63,265 bases of DNA, filler included, from Chiloscyllium plagiosum (GCF_004010195.1; 3 parts of one record of this genome joined end to end with filler, not necessarily neighbours in it); one strand, 5' to 3'. Positions 36,145 to 49,259 are shown, counted from the whole stretch's first letter. A program made the numbers and translations. Notes: generated by a model not told the origin, from the letters alone.

Positions 36145-38786
36145 GACATGGGTAGAGCAGGGACAGGAATGGTTATTGCAGGTTCCGGGATTTAGATACT
36201 TCAGTAAGAACAGAGAAGATGGTGGACTGTATTATGGTTGCAGAAAGGACTTTTGAGGACACATCTACTGAGGTAGTATGGGTGAGGTTAGAAACAGGAA
36301 AGGAGAGGTCACCCTGTTGGGAGTTTCCTATAGGCCTTTGAATAGTTCCAGAGATGTAGAGGAAAGAAGCAGGAGTAACAGGGTAGTTGTTATGGGGGAT
36401 TCAACTTTCCAAATATTGACTGGGAATACATAGTTTGAGTACTTTAGATGGGTCAGTTTTGTCCAGTGTGTGCAGGATGGTTTCCTAGCACAGTATGTAG
36501 ACAAGCCAACAAGGGACAAGGCCACATTGGATTTGGTACTGGGTAATTGAACCTGGCCTGGTGTTAGATTTGGAGGTAGGTGAGGACTTTGGTGATGGTG
36601 ACCACAATTCGGTTATATTACTTTCGTGACAGAAAGGGATAGATATATATCACAGGGCAAGAGTTATTTCGGGGGGAAAGGCAATTATGAATCAATTAGG
36701 ATTTAGGATGCATGGGATGGGGAAGGAAACTGCAGGGAATGGGCACAATTGTAATGTGGAGATTATTCAAGGAACAGCTACTGCATGTCCTTGATAAGTA
36801 TCTACCGGTCAGGCAGGGAAGAAGTTGTCGTGTGGGGGAGCCATAGTTTATTAAAGAAGTTGGATCTCTTGTCAAGAAGAAGAAGAAGAAGGCTTATGTT
36901 ATCATTAAATGTGAAGGCTCAGGGCGTTTGAGAGTTACAAGTTAGCCAGGAAAGACATAAAGAGAGAGCAAGGAAGAGCCAGGAAGGGACATGAGAAGTC
37001 ATTGGCAGATAGAATCAAGAAAAAAACCTAAAGTTTTCTATAGGTATATCAGGAATAAAAGAATGACTAGAGAAAGATTAAGGCCAATCAAGGAGAGTAG
37101 TGGGAAGTTGTGCATGGACTCCGAGGAGTTAGGGGAAGCACTAAATGAATATTTTTCATTAGTATTCATACTGGAAAAAGACAATGTTGTCAAGGAGTAT
37201 ACTGAGAAATAGGCTACCAGACTAGACAGGATTGAGGAAAGTATGAAAATAGATAAGTCCCCTGGGCCAGATGGGATTCATCCTAGAATTCTCTGGGAAG
37301 CCAGGGAGGAGGTTGCAGAGCCTTTGATTTTGATCTTTATGTCATAAGTGTCTACAGGAATAGTGCTAGAAAACTGGAGGATAGCAAATGTTGTCCCCTT
37401 GTTCAAGAAGGGGAGTAAAGACAACCTGGTAATTATAGACCAGTGAGCCTTACTTCGATTGTGGCTAAAGTGTTGGAAAAGATTATAAGAGATAGGATTT
37501 ATAATCATCTAGACAGGAATAAGTAGATTAGGGATAGTCAACACGGTTTTGTGAAGGGTAGGTTGTGCCTCACAAACTTCATTGAGTTCTTTGAGATGGC
37601 GACCAAACAGGTGGATAATAGTAAAGCAGTTGATGTGGGATATATGGATTTCAGTAAGGCATTTAATAAGGTTCCCCATGGTAAGCTATTGCAGAAAATA
37701 TGAAGGCATGAGATTGAGGGTGGTTTCATGGTTTGGATCAGAAATTGGTTAGCTGAAAAAAGACAGAAGATGGTGGTTGATGGGAAATGTTCATCCTGGA
37801 ATTTAGTTACTGGTGGTGAACTGAAAGGAGCTGTTTTGGGACCACTGCTGTTTGTTATATTTATAAATGAACTAGATGAAGGCGTAGAAGGATGGTTTAG
37901 TGAATTTGCAGATGACACTAAGATCCGTGGATTTGTGGATAATGCTGAAGGATGTTGCAGCTTACAGAGGGACATAGATAAGCTGCAGAGCTGGGCTTAG
38001 AGGTGGCAAATGGAATTTAATGTGAAAAAATGTGAGGTGATTCACTTTGGAAGGACCAACAGGAATAAAGAGTAATGGACTAATGCTAAAAGTTTTGGTA
38101 GTATAGATGAGCAGAGAGTTCTCAGTGTCCATGTACATAGATCCCTGAAAGTTGACAGCCAGGTTGATAGGGTGTTAAGAAGGCATACGGTGTATTAGCC
38201 TTTATTGGTAGAGGGATTGAGTTTCAGAGCCACAAGGTCATGTTGCAGCTGTACAAAGCTCTGGTGTGGCCGCACTTGGAGTATTGCGTACAGTTCTGGT
38301 GACCGGATTCTAGGAAGGATGTGGAAGCTTTGGAAAGGATTCAGAGGAGATTTACTAAGATGTTGCCTGGTATGGAGGGAAGGTCTTACGAGGAAAGGCT
38401 GAGGGACTTGAGTCTGTTTTTGTTCGAGAGAAGGGGGCTGAGAGGTGACTCAATTGAGACATATAAGATAATAACACTGTTAGATAGGGTGGGCAGTGAT
38501 GTCCTTTTCCTTGGATAGTGATGGCTAGCACGAGGGGACATAGCTTTAAATTGAGGGGTGATAGATGTAGGATAGATGTTGGGAGTAGTTCCTTTACTCA
38601 AAGAATAGTAGGGGCATGGAATAGTAGTAGACTTGCCAAATTTAAGGGCATTTAAATGGTCATTGGATAAACATATGGATGAAACTGGAATATTGTAGTA
38701 TAGATAGGATTCAGATTGGTTCCACAAGTCAGTGCAAAATTGAGGGCCAAAGGGCCTGTACTGCGCTGTAATGTTCTGTGTTCTAT
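36145..38786 (+). mobile_element. 5'-truncated CR1 LINE (different subfamily), decayed ORF2 to 3' UTR
   Basis: VVMGD..; QHGF.KGR.CLTN..; LGPLLFVIFINELD..FADDTK; LERIQRRFTKMLPG; tail gggcctgtactgcgctgtaatgttctgtgttctat. Confidence 0.93.
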
Positions 38787-41700
38787 TATAATAACTGGAA
38801 AAGGAAAACATTCATCTATCAATACATCCAATTGCAATTGTTTATGCAATGTTCTATAAAAATTCCAGAGATACGTCTTAAATTAATATCACAACTTTAA
38901 ATTAAGTTTCAAAAAGCAAGCCCAGAATTTCCGCATGGTTTTTCCACTGAGCAAATGATGAACTCCCAAGAGAATTGGCACAAATAACTGTGTAACTGTC
39001 ATGTCCAATACTTTTCCAAAATTTAACTCATCACCTGATGAAGTGATGGAAGGATAGACAGATACAGTTTAAGACTAAAGATTGAATTGGAGAAAAACTG
39101 GGGTCATCTGGATAGCTACAGAATAGTGTGGTCTGACTAAATTAATCATTATTCTGGCAACCGATATATTTACTTAATCTGAATTAACTTTATTTATAAT
39201 GGAAATAGTTCTAGTTATGGAACTAATAACTCGCTCAATTTATTGAATGTGCTTTACTGTGTAGTCTACTGCCTGGGTCACATCTAGTTTTCATGAGTTC
39301 AATTGCTTCCCTATTCATTCTAAAATTATTGTGAAAATAAGATCATAAAAGCCATCTCATTTGGGGACAGGAGTGAATGAAATCCTCACAGAATGAAATG
39401 TGCTATTTTCTATATTCTGACAAGTTGATAGAAAATTAACTCAATATTGGATATGCTTGGAAAGAAACAGTGAAAACAACTGAGAGTTTAAACAAACTTC
39501 TCTTAACATTACTTACTGAGGAACATAATGGTGCCGCACTCTGGAGACTAAAACATTTGTATTTCTCTTTTGCCTGAAAACTGAAAAGAAATCATGCATG
39601 GCATCCAGCACTGTCAAAAAGTTTCAATATTAAAAACATAGAACATCTCCTCAATATTAACAGATTAATAATGAGCAAAATATTTCATAAGTGCTATCAG
39701 TACTGTACTTCATTGCTAGGTCCCAAGCAGTCAATATTATTTTACTCTTATTGTGTCATCACAGCGTTGTCTACATCAAATGCATTTCAAGTTGCATCTT
39801 ATTTGTGGATTGTTTAAGACTAAGCATTCTTTGTTTCTGATCAACTAAGCAATAATTTGCAATATGTTAATATTTTTAATTGTAAATAGGAAACATCTCT
39901 TGAGAGCTGACTTTGTGACTGTTCTAACTTCAAACTATTTTTAAACCAGTTAAATGTTTGTTGTTAGGAAGATCCCTGGTTTACCTCCCTTGTGAAGCCT
40001 TAATTGAGCCTAATTAACTTCCCATCACTACAGGGTGAGTCAACTGGTGAAATCCCACCTCTGGCAGGATCTTTCTGAGACACCAATTTATGGGGATCTT
40101 TACTTTTGCTCTCACTCCATCTGCATATTTCTAAAAAGGTTGAGGAATTGTGTGAATTTAGTCACTATTGAAACACAGATTAAGTTTTTTCTTATAAGTT
40201 GAATATTAAACATGGTACTAAAAAGGTTAATTGAAATTCATAGTCTTGATAAGAGTCCTTAGCTTTTTATATCCTTTTGTCTTCATTAAACTGCAATGAA
40301 TAGTGAGTTATATAAAGGTGACCTTATCAACATAGTTGTTGGAATACCGAGGTAGAAACTATGGTTTGCTTTGTACTGTAATGCAGTCTCCCTCTGGGCA
40401 GAAAGCTGCATGGAGCCTAATTAAGTTTTGTAGAGATACAGTCAATCACATAAGTTGCCAGTGCTAAAGATTTTTATCCAAAGTAATTTAAATAGCTAGC
40501 TACAGTTTGTATGTGAACTTAAACAGTATCTAAATGCTCCTGTAGGCTAAAGGATTAGTACAACCTTCAATATTAGATAATCTTTTTAGGATCATCCTAA
40601 AATACTGTCATTCCTTAAGAGACAGAATTCTTTTTGCCTCTGGGATTCATTGTGGTTTGAGTTGTGAATTAGGTCACAGTTAATACTGTGATTCATCTAA
40701 TCCATCAATTTTACATGGTTCTGGTTGGTACAGTTATTGATACAGAATCAAGAGAAAAGGAGGACACGTTTATAATATTACCATGGTATATTTCAAGGAA
40801 ATTGTTATGTTCACAGCTTGTATGAGTACATCAATGCTTCTGAGACTTAGAAAGTCAATGTACCAAATTTATAATGAGATAATGACATCTCCTTACTCCC
40901 CTAAGTTTCCTTAACTTGATTTGAGAGAATTTCTTTTATCAAGAACATAGGAAGAAAGGTAAACTAAAACTCCCAATTCCCTTCCTTTTAGTCTGATGTT
41001 TCTAAATGATCATTAGTGTGTGGTCAGTTTTTAAAAAATCAGTTGTAGACTTCTGTGGGTTTAAACAAAGAGATTTATTTATCCACACACTCAGTCTGCA
41101 AGATAGACTCTCTGGTATTTCAACTACACACTGCACATTCGAGAGAGACACAATTAAATAAGGCAGAGCACTTTTAGAAGTATTAAACCAAATGAGTAGT
41201 TAACAGTTCACATGTTTTTGAGAGTCCAGTGAAGAAGGAAGTTTGTCACATTCTTGACTGGCATTTAGAAATGTTCAGATAACTGGGTCAAATATCCAGA
41301 TTAACTACAGAGTTCCTTTGAGGAGAATGCTGTTCAGCACACAATATTGGCAACCACTCATGACGATTGCATCAGTAAGTCCAGTTTCATTACAGATGAA
41401 CTTGAAGATTTGGAATCAGACAAGAGGCTTTTAAAAAGACTTTTAAGCTTCTTGATTCTTGAAAAGGAAATCCGGCACTGCCTTCCCCTCCACCTATTGT
41501 CTAATTGTTTTTCTTCTGTTGACTGCTTCAGGCCTCATCTGAGTTGTGGGAAAAGATTTCAATAGCACAGAAAGTTTCATTCACACAATAAATGACGATT
41601 AATATGCAATGGAAGGTGAATAGTTATCATTCACACTAACTTCTGAACATCTAGAATTGTCAGCTGTCCAACGATATATTGCAAAGCTAGAGATATTAGC

Positions 41701-42099
41701 TCAAATTATTAGTTAAAATCCTTATTCCTAATCCAGGTTAGTGAATGAGCGATAAAGATCGGTGGTTGAGCATTAGGTCAGGAGACAGGTTGGACATTGT
41801 TGATTGTGGTCTGGTCTAGAGCTCATGCTTATGGGCATGTGTTGTCAGGTTCAGGATGTCAATGGTTGTTGGCAGGCAGAGTGGAGGAAAATGTTGGGTG
41901 TCTGTAGGGGCTCGGGGAGCATTAGGTGTTGGCATAGTTGGGGAGAAGGGGAAAGTCAGGAATCATGTTGGGGAGATGATCAAGTGTCACAAGGTGTCAA
42001 GGAGTTGGTGGGGGTATTGGTGAGAGGTAAACCTACTGGAGTGGGCCTTTCTTGTATATGCACTTCACAAAATTAGAAAAGTGAGGTGTAATTTAATAA

Positions 42100-42260
42100 G
42101 GTAAAAACAATGGCTGCAGATGCTGGAAACCAGATTCTGGATTAGTGGTGCTGGAAGAACACAGCAGTTCAGGCAGCGAAATCGACGTTTCGAGCAAAAG
42201 CCCTTCATCAGGAATAAAGGCAGAGAGCCTGAAGCGTGGAGAGATAAGCTAGAGGAGGGT
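42100..42260 (-). repeat. PLE family-B-like pLTR running into gap
   Basis: ctgcagatgctggaaacc..gtgctggaagaacacagcag..atcgacgtttcgagcaaaagcccttcatcaggaat. Confidence 0.85.
42180..42215 (-). ncRNA. Minimal type I hammerhead motif (family B), intact core
   Basis: Reverse complement reads attc-CTGATGA-A-GGGC-TTTT-GCTC-GAAA-CGTC-gatt (one G-U pair in stem II). Confidence 0.72.
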
Positions 42261-42360
42261 NNNNNNNNNNNNNNNNNNNNNNNNNNNNNNNNNNNNNNNN
42301 NNNNTTAATTAATTAANNNNNNNNNNNNNNNNNNNNNNNNNNNNNNNNNNNNNNNNNNNN
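42261..42360. other. Scaffolding spacer N44-TTAATTAATTAA-N44
   Basis: 12-mer at 42305-42316. Confidence 0.97.
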
Positions 42361-42630
42361 TCGAACTCAGCACCGCCTTCCTAACCTGCAATCTTCTTCC
42401 CGACCTCTCCGCCCCCACCCCAGTCTGACCTATCACCCTCACCTTGACCTCTTTCCACCTATCACATTTCCGATGCCCCTCCCCCAAGTCCCTCCTCCCT
42501 ATCTTTTATCTTAGCCTGCTGGACCAACTTTCCTCATTCCTGAAGAAGGGCTAATGCCCGAAACGTCGATTCTCCTGTTCCCTAGATGCTGCCTGACCTG
42601 CTGCGCTTTTCCAGCAACACATTTCCATCT
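42361..42630 (+). repeat. Young PLE family-B pLTR
   Basis: C-rich leader, hammerhead, then gatgctgcctgacctgctgcgcttttccagcaacacatt; CpGs retained. Confidence 0.88.
42536..42571 (+). ncRNA. Minimal type I hammerhead motif (family B), intact core
   Basis: attc-CTGAAGA(42540-42546)-A-GGGC-TAAT-GCCC-GAAA(42560-42563)-CGTC-gatt; predicted cut after C42567. Confidence 0.77.
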
Positions 42631-43377
42631 CCACACTGTATCAGACTGGAGGGTAATTTGGTGGCAGAGAACAGGCCTTCACCCTTTATCCTCTCCCCTA
42701 ACCTGGCCCTTGGCTTTCAATGCAAACTTTGGAGCAAGGTTTAGAAGCCTCCATGACACTAAGGATTATGTATTCCTATGTCCTTGAGTAAAACAATCGA
42801 GTGTGGAGACACTGTTCCCAGGAGGACAAAGATCCTGCAGTTTTGAATGAGGTTGCCAGGACAAGCCACACATGGAGAAAACTCTCCCAAATGACTAGAT
42901 TCTGGAGAAAGGGCCCCTATGGGTCTGCTGTGTCCACTGTTGCAGAATCTCTCTCAGAACTGGTCTGGCATATGCTCCTAATCCAGCTGGCTTCCCTTTT
43001 AACCTCCAACATTCCAGGCTGGTGCAGCCTATTTCATCACATCGCTCTCTGGGTGATCGCTATATGGGTTTGCAGTGGACCCCTCTCACCACCGTTTGTA
43101 CTCCCCTTCCCAAAAGTTCCTCCAGTTTTATCCAGGTCTCCCCTCTTATCATCCTACAGATTTAAGGTGTGGTTTTAAAAAGGTTGGTCCAAGTGGGAGG
43201 CTTATAGGTGAGATCAGAGCTACTAGCAGTGACTGAACACTCTACTTCTCTAATTGCAGGTTAGGGGTAGGCAATTTTTAAAATTCTACCACCAATCATA
43301 GCCTTTGTAATTCATCGTAGATGTATCATGTTTATATGGAGCGAACCCACTCATCAAAATTTGCTTTGGACTTTCCA

Positions 43378-44440
43378 ACATTTTGGAAAGACTTATACAC
43401 TTAATGGTAAGGCCCTAGGGAGTGTTGCTAAACAAAGAGACCTTGTCGTTCTTTGAAAGTGGAGTTTCAGGCAGATAGGTTAGTGAATAAGGTGATTTGT
43501 ATGCTTTCCTTTATTCGTCAGAGTATTGAGTATAGGAGTTGGGAGGTTATGTTGTGGCTGTACAGGACATTGGTTAGGCCACTTTTGGACCATTGTGTGC
43601 AATTCTGGTCTCTTTTCTATTGGAAGGATGTTGTGAAACTTGAAAGGGTTCAGAAAAAGTGTACAAGGATGTTGCCACAGTTTGAAGATTTGAGCTTTTG
43701 GGAGAGGCTGAATAGGCTGGGGCTGTTTTCCCTGGAGCATGGAGATTGTTTTCCTTGGAGGTTGAGGGCGTGACCTCATAGAGGTCTATAAAACTATGAT
43801 GAGCATGGATAGAATAAATAGACAAGGTCTTTTCCCTGGGGTGGGGGAGTCCAGAACTAGAGGACAAAAAATTAGAATGAGAGGGGAAGCATTTAAAAGG
43901 GATCTTAGGGGCAACGTTTTCATGCAGAGAATTAGAACCCCTACAATGTGGAAACAGACTTTTCGGCCCAACAAGTCCACACTGACCCTCCTAAGGGTAA
44001 CCCAACCAGAGCCATTCCACTATCATATTACTCTACATTTACCCCTGACTACACCTACACATCCCTGAACACTATGGGCAAATTAGCATGGCCAATTCGC
44101 CTGACCTGCACATCTTTGGATTGTGGGAGGAAACCCACACAGACATGGGGAGAATGTACAAACTCCACACCGACAATCACCTGAGGCTGGAATCGAACCT
44201 AGGTCCCTGGCACTGTGAGACAGCAGTGCTAACCACTGAGCTGCCAGAGAAAGTGGTAGAGGATTGTACAATTACAATATTTAAAAGACTTTTGGATGGG
44301 TATAGGAAGAGGAAGGTTTTAGAGGAATATAAATCAAGTCCTGGCAAATGGGACTAGATTAATTTAGGATTTCTGGTTGACATGGACAAGGTGGACTGAA
44401 AGGCCTGTTTCCGCGCTGTACATCTCTATGATGCTATGAC
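43378..44440 (+). mobile_element. CR1 3' portion
   Basis: ORF 43453-43773 is closely similar to 19809-20234; the 3' UTR ends tctctatgatgctatgact. Confidence 0.92.
43931..44245 (-). mobile_element. HE1-type SINE nested in CR1
   Basis: Reverse complement of the HE1 head, V-domain and tail (cagtgctaaccactg..; gtggaaacagac..cggcccaacaagtccacac). Confidence 0.9.
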
Positions 44441-44892
44441 TCCACATAAATCTACTTTAGTTACTTTTGAGTGTTCCAGAATTGCTGGTAATATGCTTTG
44501 GTGAACAATTCATTAGCACTAAAGCTAGCAGCTTTTATCTGTTCACAGCCAATAAACATTTAGAGGGTCAGTATGGAACTGACCACCTGAGCCCTCCCTG
44601 TTAGTTGACCCTGAATCACAAGGATCTAAGTTACATCAGGCCATTCCAATGGTCCTCCTGCCTTTTTGAAAGTTGCAGAGAAGGATCTCACATCACCTCC
44701 TTCAAATTTAGCAATGAACTGGGTTTTATTTAAGGGCTTGGAAATTTTGTTTCTTGGGAAGGGAGATTTGGAAAGTTATTGAGTGGAGAGGGGTTTTCCT
44801 AGCAGCAAGTAATAATCCTTTGTAATAATACTAAATACCAAGCTAAATATTCTGAATGAAACTAAAATGGTTTCATGGGTCAACTGAGACTC

Positions 44893-45180
44893 TAAGAACA
44901 TAAGACCATAAAAACAGAAGGAGGCCACTCAGCCCGTCGACTCACCTCCACTCTTCAATTACCAATGACTGATCTAATAATCCTCAACTACACTTTCCTG
45001 CATTTTCCCCGTACCTCTTGATTTGTTTACTAATGAAGTATTTGTCTATCTTAGCCTTGAATATACCTCACCACTCAGCCTCCACATCCTTCTGCTGTAA
45101 AGAATTCCACAGATTCATTACCCTTGGAGAAAAAAAAATTCCTCTCATCTTCATCTTAAATGTGAGATCCCTTCTGAGAT
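44893..45180 (-). mobile_element. CR1 3' end
   Basis: taagaacataagaccata tail; gcctccacatccttctgctgtaaagaattccacagattc. Confidence 0.75.
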
Positions 45181-45269
45181 TCGTATTCATTGCATCTTGT
45201 ACTAACAATACTGTAAAAAGTCACAAACATCTGAAAATTTAGTTCCCACCTTTGATCTCCTTACCTTCG

Positions 45270-45650
45270 ATTCCCCACAGTGTGAAAGCAGGCCATTTGG
45301 CCCATCAAGTCCACACCAATCTTCTGAAGAGCTTCCCGTCCCGACATGTCTATAACCATCTATTTCACAAGGCTAATCCACCTAACCTGCACCCCCCTGG
45401 AAGCTGTGGGCAATTTCCCAAGGCTATTACACATAACCTGCTCATCCCTGGACACTATGGGCAACTTAGCATGGTCAGTCCACCTAACCCTGCACATGTT
45501 TGGACTATGGGAGGAAACTGGAACACCCAAAGGAAACCCACGCAGACATGGAGAAAATGTGCAAACTCCACACAGACAGTCGTCTGAGGAGGAAATGAAA
45601 CCCAGGTCCCTGTTGCTATGAGACAGCCGTGCTAACTACTGAACCATAAT
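45270..45650 (-). mobile_element. Diverged HE1-type SINE with internal duplication
   Basis: ggaaacccacgcagacatggagaaaatgtgcaaactccacacagac V-domain; repeated cacctaacctgc..gggcaa units. Confidence 0.82.
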
Positions 45651-45877
45651 GCATGCCCTTCCTTGTAACCCTGTTTTTGTAATGCCTTTAAGATCATAAC
45701 TGTTAACTTGAATTTTCTGTAATTAATACACTTATTTTGTTTTGAATGTTATGCACATTCAAATAATGTGTCATTAATTTTGCATTCATATGATTCTTTT
45801 TCCCCTTTTGATCCCACTTGTTGCTGTTTTTCTGTACTTGTATACTTGCCTCTTCCTATCCTACTCTGGCTATTAAA

Positions 45878-46011
45878 AACTGAAAGAACTGTAGATGCTG
45901 GAAACCAGAAACAACAGAAATTGCTGGAAAGGCTCAGTTAGCCTGGCACATCTGTGGAGAGAAGTCAGAGTTAACGTTTTGGGTCCAGTTCTGAGGAAAG
46001 CTCACTGGACA
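45878..46011. repeat. PLE pLTR fragment (-) with inverted hammerhead half (+)
   Basis: ..gagttaacgttttgggtccag followed by ttctgaggaaagctcactggacac. Confidence 0.65.
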
Positions 46012-46319
46012 CTATAGGGTTCTGGTTTGCAACAGTTATTTCTGATTTTTAAGTGATTTGTATCACCCCCGATCTCTGGTTATAGACACTGGGTTTATTT
46101 TGGAAATGTGAAATGAAGGGGGTTGATTGTTCTTTTGGAGAGGAGATGTAAATTGGTATTCCAGGCTGAACAATAGCCCAGGCAGAAATCATTCTGGCTG
46201 TGTTGTGTATCTGCTGCAGCCTCAGCCTAGGATTTTCTCCAGTTTTTCAGATATTGGAAAAGTCTAGGGTCTTGTCCAGTATTTTCTATAATGGATATTT
46301 TTGCTCAATTCTACAATGT

Positions 46320-46397
46320 GAAACGTTGACTCTCATTTCTCTCCACAGATGTCGCCAGACCTGCTGAGCTTTTCCAGCAATGTCTGTTTTTGCTCTA
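46320..46397 (+). repeat. PLE pLTR fragment starting at hammerhead GAAA
   Basis: gaaacgttgactctcatttctctccacagatgtcgccagacctgctgagcttttccagc. Confidence 0.7.
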
Positions 46398-46444
46398 CTC
46401 TGGCGATTATTGGCCAAATAACTGCCCTGAAATTCTGCAATAAG

Positions 46445-47600
46445 AACATAAGGAAACAAATGAGGATTAGAAAAGAGGCACAGATTACATATATAAATAG
46501 CAGAAGAGTGCATAATGTGAGGTGAAAAGAAAGAATTAGAAGAGAAGTAAAAGAAACCAATCAGGAGATGAAGGGGAACTATGAAGTTAAAATATCAAGG
46601 AAAATAAAACAAAATTGTAAAGTACTTTATATCATCTTGGTACGAAGTATAATGCTGCAATGAGAATAGAATAATTAAGGGATAGATAGGATAATACTAC
46701 AGATAATGAGGGATAGATAACAGGAACATTAATTGTCTCATTTCAGTATTTACAAGAGAGAAAAAGGTAAGTATGACATTGAGTTATGCGATGTCTAATA
46801 AGGTAAAGGCATTTTAAATAAAAAAGGCTTTCTATTGAATAAACCAAACAAACTGGAAGAAGATAAATCCTCTTGTCCACCTGGATTTTAATCACATATT
46901 ATCATAAAATGTTAGGAAGGGGTTGCCGAGGCATTACTAAAAAAACTACTGTGACTCATATGTAATCATTTTTCAGAAAAAAATGTATCTAACCAGAGGA
47001 TTGAGAGATATCTAATATAATTCCAATATTTATGATGGGGAGCAGAACAAGTCAAGAGAATTAAGGGATAATTACTTTCACATTATGTTGGGAAAAGTTA
47101 TGAAGTTATTACTGATTACAATAATAGATGAACATCAGGGAGATAAAATCAATAGTGAATACTTAACATAGGTTTTAAAGAGAGCAAATCCTACTTTACC
47201 ATATAAACGGGGGAGGTCATAGAGAGAGGAGACAAGGATAATGTAATACATGAAATTGGTTTGGGTTTTCAAATGGCCTGTGATAAGGTGCCCTATTAAA
47301 AGACTAATGACTACTGTTAAGAGCATTGAGTAGGGGGAGAAGTGGGAGAATTAACTGCTTCAAGACAGAAACCAGAGAATAATAGTAGACAGTAGTTATT
47401 TAGAGCGGTAGAATGTTGAAGTGGTGATCCACAAAAACCATGGCTGCCCACAAGTTCTTTGATTTGGAATTTTGAATCAGAATGACTTTTTAAATTACAT
47501 TGTCACCAAATTGGATACAATAGTTATTAATGAGGAAGATTGCCACAAATCACGGAGGATAAAACAAAATCTTGGCGAGATGACACTGAGGTCTGGACTT
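46445..47600 (+). mobile_element. Very old CR1 ORF2 relic
   Basis: Residual gataaatcctcttgtccacctgga (DKS..P.G), gaggattgagagatatctaatataattccaatattt (EDW..SNIIPIF), ttttcaaatggcctgtgataaggtgcc. Confidence 0.6.
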
Positions 47601-48884
47601 GGGTTTGGCAATATAATGTCTTTTCATCATTTCAAAAATGCAGATATCATGCCCCCAAATACAGAACTTACCACTTTCATGGAAACAGAAATAAGGGCAT
47701 GTCACATTTCAAGTGTGCCCCGCGGGTTGTGTCTGATTTTGGTGATCTCAGTGTGAGAAATATGATATGTACAGTTTAGATCTGGTAGTAACAGTTCTAT
47801 ACCTTGCAAAGTCCTTGACGCAGTGGGATACCCTTTTGGAGATGTAAGGTATTCCTTTGGGCATGGTCCCGGGGTGCTTTTGGGAGAGGAAAACTGCGCT
47901 TTGGGAGAAATAATCTGCTTTTTGGACAGGGAGTTGCATGTTGGAAATTTTCAAGGTAAACATGAATGGTGTCAAAAAGTTTATAAACTCATCACCTGTC
48001 AGGCTTGTGAGAACTGGCAACAGAACTGTCTCAAGCAATTGTCAAAAGCAGCTGTTAAACTATCAAGGGATTTAAATTTTCTATCAAGGCACTTAAATTC
48101 CTGCCCTTTAAATATTTGAAAAAAAGTTGATTAGAACAAGTTATTGCTTACTATTTTGCTCTGTCTGTCAGTTACCATTACTGGATTAGTGCTGCATTCC
48201 CAGTTGTACAATTACCTGTCATCAATGCATTATTTACCAATTCGCAGTTTGTTCGATGGCTCCAAATGGTTCTCAACATTTGAAGTGGGACTATGAATTC
48301 CAGTGCTTATTTTTACAAGGAATTAAATCTTTGAAGGAAATGGTTGTTATAAAAGGAGCAACATGATTAAAATGTATTGAATGTTCTTGATGTCTTTGTA
48401 AAATTATTCTTCTTCCTAGTGCTGGATCATTGAGGTTGGCATTTCATACCACCTACTTTGGCCCCCGAGGGGAACCTGTTGCAGGCTCCATACGGTTCCT
48501 GGGGGCAGAAGGCCTGATTTCAGTTAAACCATCCATTCTCCTGATCCCAGAATGAACAAGTAAAACATCAGGGTATCTTCTTTTGATTGGGATTGCAGAG
48601 TCATACATTCTCCCAATTTTTTGCTCCTGCCTCAAGAGTGAAAATGTAGCCCTTTATCTGTACCTGTATAGAACAGCAATGACTGGCACAACTGAGGCCA
48701 TAGAAAGAACCATTCATGTCTATGGATAAAGTGGGGGCTCATGACTTAGCATCTCATATATCTAACCTCAGTGTAAGTAACTTGGAGGAACTTCTAGCAC
48801 TTTCACTTTCTGGCTATGCTTACATCACACGAACCTTCTCAACTCAATTACTGTCTACCTCCTTCGTAAATTAATTTATACAAT

Positions 48885-49005
48885 GTAGGCATCGCTCATA
48901 AAGTCCCATTTATTCACCCACTCATAATTGCCCTTGAGAAGGTGATGGTGAGCCACCTTGTTTAATACAACTGAGTGGCTTGCTGGGCCATTTCATAGGA
49001 CAGTA
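48885..49005 (-). mobile_element. 3' tail of second-family LINE or its partner SINE
   Basis: taattgcccttgagaaggtgatggtgagccacctt matches 50880-50915. Confidence 0.65.
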
Positions 49006-49007
49006 TC

Positions 49008-49145
49008 GTAGAATCCCACCAGTGTGGAAACAGGCCCTTCGTCCCAACAAGTCCACACCGACCCTCCGAAGAGAAAATCACCCAGACCCATTCCCCGACC
49101 CTATATTTACCCCGACTAATGCATCTAACACTATGGGCAATGTAG
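49008..49145 (-). mobile_element. HE1-type SINE 3' fragment
   Basis: cagtgtggaaacaggcccttcgtcccaacaagtccacaccgaccctccgaa. Confidence 0.85.
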
Positions 49146-49259
49146 CATTTTCGCCCAATAGTCTTGACAATTCTTACTTGCAAATTTAAAAAAAATTAAA
49201 GAAGACTAATTAATTCATGATTAACCTCGAAAATACCAGTTGACATGAAGGTATATATT

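Noticed and set aside
39028..39048. CTGATGA within catcac..gtgatg hairpin
   Set aside because: No correctly placed GAAA/NUH; not a hammerhead.
41015..41590. Possible second solo LTR
   Set aside because: Composition is suggestive, but no convincing termini or TSD were found.
42100..42630. Apparent large inverted pLTR pair
   Set aside because: The halves are separated by an artificial gap and differ in sequence, so adjacency is unproven.
42801..43178. 125-aa ORF
   Set aside because: No recognisable domain or splice context.
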